Origin: Candidatus Omnitrophota bacterium
Lineage (GTDB): Bacteria; Omnitrophota; Gorgyraeia; 1-14-0-20-64-10
Assembly (NCBI GenBank): GCA_016177405.1
Contig: JACOVG010000021.1
Coordinates: 14,434-78,433 of the forward strand
Length of the DNA: 64,000 bases
Direction of reading: 5' to 3'
Shown here: positions 24,942-32,086 of the stretch, piece after piece
Layout: the number at the start of each line of letters is the position of its first letter
Numbering within the stretch: position 1 is the stretch's first letter
Position numbers and translations under genes: made by a program
The notes under the pieces: generated by a model
Told to the model about the DNA's origin: nothing
The model's input: only the letters and a program-made list of their open reading frames with translations
The model's database searches: none

Positions 24942-26578
24942 GGGCTGGCCTTGGTCCGGCGCGCTTCCAGCAAGCCCTGAAGCTTGAGAAGCTCGGGATC
25001 TTCGGGGTGCACCTTGAGGGTCAGGTGAAGCTTCCGCTGGGCCTCGTCCAGCTCTCCGCGGCGGATCGCCAGCTCCACGTCGATCAGGGCCCAGTGGATC
25101 TCTTCCCGCGCCCCCCGGGGGACCATCGAACGCAGGCGGACCTGAGCTTCGTCCAGCCGGCCGGAGCGAAGATCCAGCGCGATCAGGTTGAAGGCGGCCG
25201 GGGTGAAGGAAGGGTCCGCTTCCAGGGCCCGGACGTATTGCTCCCGGGCCAGCGATTCCCGCCCGGCCCGATCGTAGGCCGTGCCCAGGTTGTTCAAGGC
25301 CTCGGCGTAGCGGGGTTGGCCGCGCAGCGCTTCCTGATAGTGCTGGATGGCTTGCTCCACGCGGCCGCGGCTTAACAGGATGTTTCCCAGGTTACTGTGA
25401 ACCTTGGCGCTGCCCGGAGGAAAACGGAGGGCCTCCTCATAAACCCGGACCGGCTCCTGCCAGACCCAGATCCGGTGAAGGCTGATGCCGCTTAAAAAAA
25501 GAATCCACAAGCCCGCCTCCAGGCCGATCCATTTGCGCCAGCGGGGCCGCGCCGCGGCCAGCCGGGCCTTGGCGGCCGCTGTCACCAGCGCCAGCCCCGC
25601 CAAGGGAAGATAGAGCCAGTGGTCGGCCATGTTCGGATCCAGCTGAACCACCAGCCCCGAAACCGGAAGCCAGGTCAGGAAGAACCACCCTGCCCCAAAG
25701 AGGAGGGCCCTGTCCCTTCGGAACCGCCACGCGAGCCAAAGAACCGCCGCCAGCGCCGCCGCCGGAAACCACACCGCCCCAGCGAACCAGGAGGTGACCC
25801 AAGGGATCCGGCGCTCCATGTGGAGATCCACCGGAAGAAGGAAGATTCGAAGGTAAGTGACGAGCATCCGGGGAACCGTGAAAATCCGGCCGGCCCATTC
25901 CAAGGGAGGCTGGTGCCCGCCGAATCCCAGATGGGCGCGGACAGCCAGGTAGAGCAAGAAAAGAAAGACGAGGGGCGCGAAAGGAATCCAGCGCTTGGCC
26001 CAGGGGATCGGCCGGCCCTGGTTCAGCGCCGTCCGATCCGCCCAGAGGAGAAGCAGGGGAAGGATGAGGCCGGCCTCCTTCGAAAGCCAAGCCGCGAGGG
26101 CGCCGGCCAGCGCCGTCAGGTACCAGAAAAAAGCCGAGGGCCCCGCGCCGCGCCGGAACTTGAGCCAGCCGATTACGCCCAGCAGAACCCCGCAAGCCGC
26201 CAAGGGATCCGCCCGCCCGGAAAGGTACCCGACCGCGGCGACCTGGACCGGGTGAACCAGGAAGATCAAGCCCGCGAAGAAGGCCGGGATGGACACACCC
26301 AGCAGAGTCCAGGCCAGGTAAAAGACGAGCGCCGTGTTGACAAGATGAAGGCTCACGCTCGTCAGGTGAAAGCCCAGCGGATTCAACCCCCAGAGCTGGT
26401 AATCCACCAGGAAGCTCACGCCCTGCAGGGGCCGGTAGTAGCTCTGATGAAACACCTCCTGATAAAAGGAGGGCCCAAAGAGGTCCGGAAAAAACCTCCA
26501 GGATCTTAGGAACCGGTCTTCGACGATCAGGAGCTTATCGTCCCAGAGGAAGGGGATTTGGAAGCTGGGCAGATACAA
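24938..26578 (-). CDS. Polytopic membrane protein with a C-terminal TPR-repeat domain (TMTC/DUF1736-like, PMT-type glycosyltransferase-like)
   Basis: The N-terminal ~380 aa contain about 9-11 TM helices and a DUF1736-like WDD motif. The C-terminal ~160 aa carry TPR repeats (AKVHSNLGNILLSRGRVEQAIQHYQEALRGQPRYAEALNNLGTAYDRAG...). The track start is a TTG; the in-frame upstream sequence is also hydrophobic, so the true start is uncertain. Confidence 0.65.
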   Translation of the reverse strand: MYLPSFQIPFLWDDKLLIVEDRFLRSWRFFPDLFGPSFYQEVFHQSYYRPLQGVSFLVDYQLWGLNPLGFHLTSVSLHLVNTALVFYLAWTLLGVSIPAFFAGLIFLVHPVQVAAVGYLSGRADPLAACGVLLGVIGWLKFRRGAGPSAFFWYLTALAGALAAWLSKEAGLILPLLLLWADRTALNQGRPIPWAKRWIPFAPLVFLFLLYLAVRAHLGFGGHQPPLEWAGRIFTVPRMLVTYLRIFLLPVDLHMERRIPWVTSWFAGAVWFPAAALAAVLWLAWRFRRDRALLFGAGWFFLTWLPVSGLVVQLDPNMADHWLYLPLAGLALVTAAAKARLAAARPRWRKWIGLEAGLWILFLSGISLHRIWVWQEPVRVYEEALRFPPGSAKVHSNLGNILLSRGRVEQAIQHYQEALRGQPRYAEALNNLGTAYDRAGRESLAREQYVRALEADPSFTPAAFNLIALDLRSGRLDEAQVRLRSMVPRGAREEIHWALIDVELAIRRGELDEAQRKLHLTLKVHPEDPELLKLQGLLEARRTKASP

Positions 26579-26628
26579 AAGGGCCCCGGAAAGAAATAGG
26601 GCCGCGAGGAAGAAAGGGTGGGCGCGTT

Positions 26629-27174
26629 TTACCAGGGCTGGCGGCTCTCCTCGCCGGGGACGGCCCCGAAGGTCTTGTCCGGCTTGCCGTCGAAATCTTC
26701 GTCCACCCGCCCCCCGGCGATCTTGGTGCCCCCCAGGGCATAGTAGAACCAGGCGTCCGGTTTGCCATCGTGGTTCTTGTCCATGATCATGAGGTCCTTG
26801 ATGCCCTCTTTATAGTAAGACCAGGCGTCGGGTTTGCCGTCGAAGTTGAGATCCGCCCGTTCCCGAATCGCCAAGCCCTTCTCCATCTGACGCAGGAGGT
26901 CCGGCTTGCCGTCGCCGTTGCGGTCCACCTCGGAACGCTCCGGTTTTCCATCCTTGAAGTAGATCACGATCTCCCGCTTGCCGTCCCCCTGCCGGTCCCT
27001 CTCCACCCGGACCAGGAGATCCCCCTCGTAGAACTTCCACTCATCCGGTTTGCCGTCCTTGTTCGTGTCCAGGGCCTCAACCCGCTCCTTGGCCGCGAAA
27101 GCGGCGGAAGGCAAAAGAAACAGCGCCGTCATTGCGAGGACGCGAAGCGGACGAAGCAATCTCTCTTTTTTCAT
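26629..27174 (-). CDS. Secreted calcium-binding-like repeat protein with six D-x-[DN]-x-DGKPD repeats
   Basis: Has the LAMT leader (MKKERLLRPLRVLAMTALFLLPSAAFA). Repeats: DTNKDGKPDEW, DRQGDGKRE, DRNGDGKPD, DLNFDGKPDAW, DKNHDGKPDAW, DEDFDGKPD. These are EF-hand/excalibur-like DxDxDG loops. Confidence 0.65.
   Translation of the reverse strand: MKKERLLRPLRVLAMTALFLLPSAAFAAKERVEALDTNKDGKPDEWKFYEGDLLVRVERDRQGDGKREIVIYFKDGKPERSEVDRNGDGKPDLLRQMEKGLAIRERADLNFDGKPDAWSYYKEGIKDLMIMDKNHDGKPDAWFYYALGGTKIAGGRVDEDFDGKPDKTFGAVPGEESRQPW
27127..27165 (-). repeat. Leader cassette copy (cgtcattgcgag-gacgcgaagcggac-gaagcaatctctc)
   Basis: Read directly from the sequence. Confidence 0.75.
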
Positions 27175-27740
27175 TCTAGGAACCTCAAGGTTTCGTTCAG
27201 GTAATTGACCTTACGGTGGATCTCCTGCCCCGCCGAGGGCAGCCGCTGAAGATCGCTGCGCAGGGCCGAGGCGGTCGACTGCAAAGAGGCCACCAGATTC
27301 TTGCGCTCCTTGTTGCGGGGGCCCAGTCCCGAGGTGATCTCGTTGATCAGCTGGGCCACCTCCTTGAGCTCATCGAAGCGCCTAAGGCTCAAGGGGGCCA
27401 GATCGAACTCGCCGCGCGCCATCAGGTGGAGGTAGCGCTTGATCCGAACCAGGGGCCCGGCGATGGTGTGCGAGATGAACAGCGTCACCAAAAGCGCCAC
27501 CGGCACCAACAGGAGAAAACCCAGCGCCAGGCGCATGTAGATCAAACGGAGAACCTCCACCAGGCGCCCCTGCGGATAGACGTTGGCCAGCCGCTCCACC
27601 AGGTGCGACCACCCGGTGACGTAAACCACCCAGACCGAGATCCCAAAGAAAACAGCCAGAAGCAGGAAGGTCACCAGCATCATGCGCAGCTGCAGGGAAC
27701 TGTCCGTGACAAACTGCGTGCGCTTGAATTTGTCCGCCAT
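27171..27740 (-). CDS. Small membrane protein with a HAMP domain
   Basis: Two TM helices are followed by a HAMP-like segment (SHTIAGPLVRIKRYLHLMARGEFD) and a short coiled-coil tail. Its stop overlaps the start of 26629..27174 (ATGA). An AAGGAG RBS lies 8 nt upstream. Confidence 0.6.
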   Translation of the reverse strand: MADKFKRTQFVTDSSLQLRMMLVTFLLLAVFFGISVWVVYVTGWSHLVERLANVYPQGRLVEVLRLIYMRLALGFLLLVPVALLVTLFISHTIAGPLVRIKRYLHLMARGEFDLAPLSLRRFDELKEVAQLINEITSGLGPRNKERKNLVASLQSTASALRSDLQRLPSAGQEIHRKVNYLNETLRFLE

Positions 27741-27766
27741 CTAAGGCACTCCTTTTATTATTATCA

Positions 27767-28657
27767 TTACTGCCGAACCACCCGAAGGTCCCGGTGAACG
27801 GTCAAGGTCAGCCCTTGGCCGCGGGACTTCTCCACCTGAAGCTGAACCTCCTTGAGGGGCAAGTAGCGGGTCGCCTGTCCGTCCACGGCGGCGACACGGT
27901 CGCCGGCGAGCAATCCCGCGCCCGAGGCGGAACCTCCCGGGTCCACCGCGGCCACGGTCAACCCCATCCTCTCCGTGGAAAACCGGAAGCCCGGCCAGGC
28001 AGGCTGCGCGGGGCCGGCGGGGATGAGTTCGATCCGCCGCGCGAGGGTGATCTTGGCCATCGACCCGCCGGGCCCCAGGAGGAGATACGCCGCCTCCCGA
28101 ACCGGCAAGAAGGCCAGCGACTCTCCCCAGACCGCCGTCAACCGGTCGCCGGCGGCGATTCCGGCGCGCTGGGCCTGCGACCCGGGCTCCACCGACTGGA
28201 CCTCGGGGTATCCCTCGCCGGCCTTCAACCGCAGGCCCCAGCGCGTCAAGAGCTCGCCGGACAAATCGGCGGACAGCGTAAGCGAAGGGACGCCGCGCTT
28301 GGCTTTGAGATCGGCCGCCCGGTTCAGGGCGTCATCGGCCTCCTGAAATTCCGGGTAAATCTGCAGGGCCTTGCGAAAGAGCCCCTGGGCAACGGTGAAA
28401 TCGCCGCCGGCCAGCGACCGGTTTCCCAGGTACAGGTAGTTGCGCTCCGGATCGTCAAAGAAGATCTCGTCAATCTCGCCGCGCGCGATCACCCGTTCAC
28501 CGTCCACGGTGCTGACCACAATCCTGTCCCGGTGTTCCTCCACCACCAGCCCCTTCAGCTCCTCGCCGGAGGTGAAGTAGATCGCGTCCGCGAAAGCGGT
28601 GGAAAGAAATAAGAACGACATTGCGAAGGCCCCAAGCAATCTTGTTTTCATTCGCAC
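27767..28657 (-). CDS. Secreted tandem-PDZ-domain protein
   Basis: Leader MRMKTRLLGAFAMSFLFLSTAFA. Two PDZ-like segments (VEPGSQAQRAGIAAGDRLTAVWG and VDPGGSASGAGLLAGDRVAAVDG) follow an N-terminal TPR-like helical region. Confidence 0.6.
   Translation of the reverse strand: MRMKTRLLGAFAMSFLFLSTAFADAIYFTSGEELKGLVVEEHRDRIVVSTVDGERVIARGEIDEIFFDDPERNYLYLGNRSLAGGDFTVAQGLFRKALQIYPEFQEADDALNRAADLKAKRGVPSLTLSADLSGELLTRWGLRLKAGEGYPEVQSVEPGSQAQRAGIAAGDRLTAVWGESLAFLPVREAAYLLLGPGGSMAKITLARRIELIPAGPAQPAWPGFRFSTERMGLTVAAVDPGGSASGAGLLAGDRVAAVDGQATRYLPLKEVQLQVEKSRGQGLTLTVHRDLRVVRQ
28617..28645 (-). repeat. Degenerate leader cassette copy (cgacattgcgaaggccccaagcaatcttg)
   Basis: Read directly from the sequence. 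Confidence 0.6.
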
Positions 28658-29556
28658 AGCTTCTTGTAGCTTTCGTAGTGGTGAATCGCCAGGCCGCCGA
28701 AGCCCGCTTGGCCGCCCACGGCGTTCACGATCTTCTTGAGCTCCCGGCTCATCACGTTGCAGGTGGTCCCCCCGAAACTCACGTACGCGGGGAAAAGGTC
28801 CTCCTGGGTTTCCTGGCCGATCAAGACCGGCTTGCCCACTTGGCCCCCGTACTCCAGTTCCAGCCGCACCAGGCGCAGGGTTCCATCCGATCCCTCGGCG
28901 AAATTCCGGTAAGCCATGACGGTGACGGTGTCCACCGTGTCCAGGATGTGCTGGGTGGGGCTCTTGACCGAGCCTCGCCAGAGAATCCGGTAGCTGGCGT
29001 CGTCGTCAAACCAAAAGGGAATGTCCACCCCGAAAATCACGGGAACCGGCTCCTTCCGTATCGCTTCGGCCATCTTCGCGTTCAAATCCAGGTAGCCCCC
29101 CAGAAGCTCGCCCGGCCGTTCGTTCCAGGCCTGGGTCAGCAAATACACCTCCACATCGGAGTGAATCCCGTCGAAGCGCTCCTCGGGCGGGGCCTGGCGG
29201 TTCATCTGAAGGACCGCGCCGGTCCAGGCCATGGGAAGGGTGTGGTAGCGGCTCTTCCCCCAGCGCGGGTCGCCCGCCAGGGCATGGACCGAAAGCCCCA
29301 TCTCGTGGGCCTGGCGGTTAAAATCGCGGTACGTCCGGTCCCAGGGGGGCTCCAGGTTGTAGGCCGACAGGTACAGCGTGCCGATTTGGTGCCTTCGGCA
29401 GAAAGCCAGGAGTTTTGCCTTGGATTCTGGTTTGGCGGCGATGCGGGCGTCCCAGACCCACATCGCCCGGGGCGGCTCCTCGGCGAAAACGGAGGGGAGA
29501 AATAAAAACGTCATTGCGAGGGCCCCAAGGGCCCGAAGCAATCTCGTACCCCTCAC
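28648..29556 (-). CDS. Secreted TIM-barrel glycoside-hydrolase-like protein (GHL/DUF4015-type, family uncertain); paralog of the central domain of 32083..34419
   Basis: Leader MRGTRLLRALGALAMTFLFLPSVFA. Conserved blocks shared with 32083..34419: MWVWD/SWVWKYD, AHEMGLSVHALAGDPRW/AHEAGVHVEALQGNPLW, GKPVLIGQETQ/GKKVVIGVETQ, GFGGLAIHHYESYKKL/SFGGLAVHAYDSYRLL. Confidence 0.6.
   Translation of the reverse strand: MRGTRLLRALGALAMTFLFLPSVFAEEPPRAMWVWDARIAAKPESKAKLLAFCRRHQIGTLYLSAYNLEPPWDRTYRDFNRQAHEMGLSVHALAGDPRWGKSRYHTLPMAWTGAVLQMNRQAPPEERFDGIHSDVEVYLLTQAWNERPGELLGGYLDLNAKMAEAIRKEPVPVIFGVDIPFWFDDDASYRILWRGSVKSPTQHILDTVDTVTVMAYRNFAEGSDGTLRLVRLELEYGGQVGKPVLIGQETQEDLFPAYVSFGGTTCNVMSRELKKIVNAVGGQAGFGGLAIHHYESYKKLCE
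29509..29546 (-). repeat. Leader cassette copy (cgtcattgcgag-ggccccaagggccc-gaagcaatctcg); exact reverse-complement match to 9304..9340, preceded by gagaaataaaaacg
   Basis: Read directly from the sequence. Confidence 0.8.
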
Positions 29557-30266
29557 TCGAGGGTGATGTCGTCGAGGTAAACGGTTCCCAGCCCCGCCCC
29601 CTCGGGATAAAGTTCCCCCTCGAAACAGATCGAGATGGAAGCCAATTTGGTGTAGTCAATGAAGTAGGAGGACAACGGAATCACCGCCTTCTGCCATTCG
29701 GCCGTCAACCGGCCCGCCGGCAGGTACTTGCCGATCTCCTCGGACTTGACCGAATCCCCCACCCGGTCCCAGTGCCGGTCGGCCAGCCCCACCATAAAGT
29801 TCTCCTCCCCCTTGTCTCCGCGGACCCAGAAGGTGACTGCCTGGTAGCCGGAGGCGTCAAAATACTGCTCCCCCACCATCGGGGGGCTGGGTTGGTCGGT
29901 GGTGGGCGCCACCAGATAACCGCTTGTCTTTAGAAGGGTGTAATAGCCGCACCAACCGCCCATGCCGTAGGGTCCGCCCTCTGACTGCTTGTCGTAACGG
30001 ATCAGGAGCACGCTGCTCTTGGCGCCGTTCACCTCTTCCTCCACCCGGCTCATCATGATCCGAGAGGGGGCCTTCACATAAACATTGGCCCGCCCGCCGG
30101 CCCGGTTCTGGATCTCCTCCCCTTCAAAATCGTCCACGAGGAGCGGCTCCGCCGCGAAAGCGGTCGTGAGTCGCGCGTCGTGAGTCGTGAGTAGAAAGAC
30201 GCAGAAGGCAAGCCCTACAGTCCTTACCCATGACCCATGACCCATGACCCATGACTTTTTCTTCAT
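29553..30266 (-). CDS. Secreted single-domain protein carrying the recurrent CBM-like beta-sandwich module
   Basis: Module motifs: PLLVDDFEGEE..., GGWCGYYTLL, VTFWVRGDKGEENFMVGLADRHWDRVGDSVKSEEIGKYLPAGRLTAEWQKAVIPL, GTVYLDDITLE. Two heptanucleotide repeat tracts lie in the signal-peptide codons. Confidence 0.65.
   Translation of the reverse strand: MKKKSWVMGHGSWVRTVGLAFCVFLLTTHDARLTTAFAAEPLLVDDFEGEEIQNRAGGRANVYVKAPSRIMMSRVEEEVNGAKSSVLLIRYDKQSEGGPYGMGGWCGYYTLLKTSGYLVAPTTDQPSPPMVGEQYFDASGYQAVTFWVRGDKGEENFMVGLADRHWDRVGDSVKSEEIGKYLPAGRLTAEWQKAVIPLSSYFIDYTKLASISICFEGELYPEGAGLGTVYLDDITLE
30164..30191. repeat. Heptanucleotide tandem repeat (tcgtgag x3 plus variant tcgcgcg) inside the signal-peptide codons of 29553..30266
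   Basis: tcgtgag tcgcgcg tcgtgag tcgtgag, read from the sequence; it encodes LTTHDARLTT. Confidence 0.75.
30226..30253. repeat. Perfect heptanucleotide tandem repeat (cccatga) x4, 10 nt downstream of the start codon of 29553..30266
   Basis: cccatgacccatgacccatgacccatga; on the coding strand this is (TCATGGG)x4, encoding SWVMGHGSWV. Each unit is 7 nt, so it is frame-shifting and carries out-of-frame ATGs. Confidence 0.8.
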
Positions 30267-30275
30267 TTTGTCCTC

Positions 30276-30899
30276 CTACTCCAGCTTAAGATCATCCAGG
30301 TAAACCGTCCCCCTGCCCACACCGCCGGGGAAAAGGGTGCCTTCGAAGCAGATGGCGACGGAGGCCGTCTGCTTGTGATCCAGGAAGAAGGCCTCCACGG
30401 GAATGACGGCCTTCTGCCATTCCGCGGTGACCTTCCCGGCCGGCAGGTACTTCCCGATCGGTTCGGACTTCACGGAGTCCCCCACCTCGTCCCAATGGCG
30501 GTCGGCCATTCCCACCAGGAAGTTCTCATCGCCGGCGGCCCCCCTCACCCAAAAGGTGAGGCTCCGGTAGCCGGAGGCGTCGAAGTAGCGGCTGCCGCTC
30601 TTCAGCAGGGTATACCAGCCGCACCAGCCCCCGGAATCGTAAGGGCCGCCCCGCCCCTTCTTGTCGTACTTCAACATCAGGGAACCGGAGCCTTGATGGG
30701 CCGGGTCCTTCACCAAAAGGGCCAGCGACCGTGAGGGCTCTTTCAGGTAGGTGCTGGCGCGCCCGCCCAGCTTATTGACCGAAGCCCCCTCGAAGTCGTC
30801 AATCAACAGGGGCTCCGCCGCGAAAGCGGCGGTAAGCGGTAAGCAGTAAGCAGTAAGCAAAACAGCGGTCATCGCGAGCAATCTCTTTCTCATTCCCAT
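30276..30899 (-). CDS. Secreted single-domain protein carrying the recurrent CBM-like module; close paralog of 29553..30266
   Basis: PLLIDDFEGASVNKLGGRAS..., GGWCGWYTLL, LTFWVRGAAGDENFLVGMADRHWDEVGDSVKSEPIGKYLPAGKVTAEWQKAVIPV, GTVYLDDLKLE. Confidence 0.65.
   Translation of the reverse strand: MGMRKRLLAMTAVLLTAYCLPLTAAFAAEPLLIDDFEGASVNKLGGRASTYLKEPSRSLALLVKDPAHQGSGSLMLKYDKKGRGGPYDSGGWCGWYTLLKSGSRYFDASGYRSLTFWVRGAAGDENFLVGMADRHWDEVGDSVKSEPIGKYLPAGKVTAEWQKAVIPVEAFFLDHKQTASVAICFEGTLFPGGVGRGTVYLDDLKLE
30831..30858. repeat. Heptanucleotide tandem repeat (ggtaagc x2, agtaagc x2) in the signal-peptide codons of 30276..30899
   Basis: ggtaagcggtaagcagtaagcagtaagc, encoding LTAYCLPLT on the coding strand. 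Confidence 0.75.
30868..30886 (-). repeat. Truncated leader cassette copy (gtcatcgcgagcaatctc)
   Basis: Read from the sequence; it lacks the central hairpin. Confidence 0.5.
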
Positions 30900-32086
30900 T
30901 CCTCCAACAGCTCTTCCTGGGTTTTACGGATAAAGATCAAATCATCCAGATAGACCCTGCCCTTCCCCGGGCGGTGGAAATTCACCACGAAAGAGCCCAT
31001 CTGCGTCCAATCCAGTTTACCAAATTGGGCAAGCGGTATCACCACTTCCTGCCAGCCGGCGGTGAGCCCGCCGGGCAGGAACTTCTCAATCGTTCCGGCC
31101 TTCACCGAATCCCCGATGGTGAGCCACGACTTGTCCGACAGGCCGATCTCGAAGGTCTCCCCTCCCTTTTCCCCGCGCGCCCAAAAGGAGAGGGCCTTGA
31201 AGGGGCTCAAATCGTAGTAGGCGCCGTCGATCTGGTTTAAGAGGGTGTAATAGCCGCACCAGCCGGTGGCCTGCTTGTCGAAATCGAGCCGGAGGGATCT
31301 GCCCTGCTCCCCCCGCCGGGACTCCAGGACCCTCTTCGCCAAACACACGGAGGGAGGCCTCTTATAGGTCCCGGTCTTGCGGCCCAGGAGATTGATGTCG
31401 CTGTGGTCAAAATCGTCCAGGAGCAGAAACCCCTGCCGCTGGGCGGGTTCCTGGACCGAAACCAGCGGCTCCGTGTCAAACCGCAGTCCGTCAATCCAGA
31501 AGGCGCCTTCCCCTTCCTCGTTGAAGTTAAAGACCAGGCTGTAAACGCGGCTTAGATCCACCCCGAAGAAATCCTCCAGGGGCACGCGGACCTCCTGCCA
31601 GTCCGTGGTGATGCCGCCGGGCAGATACCGGTGGATCGAGCCGATGAAAACAGCGTCCTCCCGCTTGTTGGAAATGGTGTCGTTCATGCCGATCTCGAAG
31701 GTTTCTCCCCCCCTGGCTCCCTTCACCCAAAAGCTTAACGCGGCAAAGCGGGACAGGTCCCCCAGCACGATGAGGTAGGCCCCGCAGAAAAAGGGGTCCT
31801 TCGCCCGCCGGTAGCGGTATCGAACGGCCCCCGGCGAGGCCGGATCCTGCTTCACCCTCTCGTCCAGATAACAGCCGTACTTCGAGGGCTTCATGGCGAA
31901 GCCGCCGGTCTTGCCCCTCTTGGCAAAGCGCTCCTCGGCCGGAAGGAGCTTCGTGCCCAGCGGCAGGGGGGCGGCTTCGTCGAGAGAAACCATCTCCGCG
32001 AAAACAGCGGTAAGCAGAAGGAGGGACGCTCCAAAAAGGGACACACCTCGGCAAGAGTGTCCCCAAATGGAGCGTCCCCTTTTCAT
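30890..32086 (-). CDS. Secreted protein with two tandem copies of the CBM-like module
   Basis: Copy 1 has ...LSFWVKGARGGETFEIGMNDTIS...WQEVRVPLEDFF...FWIDGLRFD. Copy 2 has GFLLLDDFDHSD..., GWCGYYTLL, LSFWARGEKGGETFEIGLSDKSW..., RVYLDDLIFI. The likely start is the ATG at 32084-32086 (MKRGRSIW...), overlapping the TGA of the upstream gene (ATGA); the track start of 32125 is probably too far upstream. Confidence 0.6.
   Translation of the reverse strand: MKRGRSIWGHSCRGVSLFGASLLLLTAVFAEMVSLDEAAPLPLGTKLLPAEERFAKRGKTGGFAMKPSKYGCYLDERVKQDPASPGAVRYRYRRAKDPFFCGAYLIVLGDLSRFAALSFWVKGARGGETFEIGMNDTISNKREDAVFIGSIHRYLPGGITTDWQEVRVPLEDFFGVDLSRVYSLVFNFNEEGEGAFWIDGLRFDTEPLVSVQEPAQRQGFLLLDDFDHSDINLLGRKTGTYKRPPSVCLAKRVLESRRGEQGRSLRLDFDKQATGWCGYYTLLNQIDGAYYDLSPFKALSFWARGEKGGETFEIGLSDKSWLTIGDSVKAGTIEKFLPGGLTAGWQEVVIPLAQFGKLDWTQMGSFVVNFHRPGKGRVYLDDLIFIRKTQEELLEEWE

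Noticed and set aside
25619-26509. 296-aa plus-strand ORF
   Set aside because: It is antisense to the TPR membrane protein gene and is Arg/Glu/Pro-rich.
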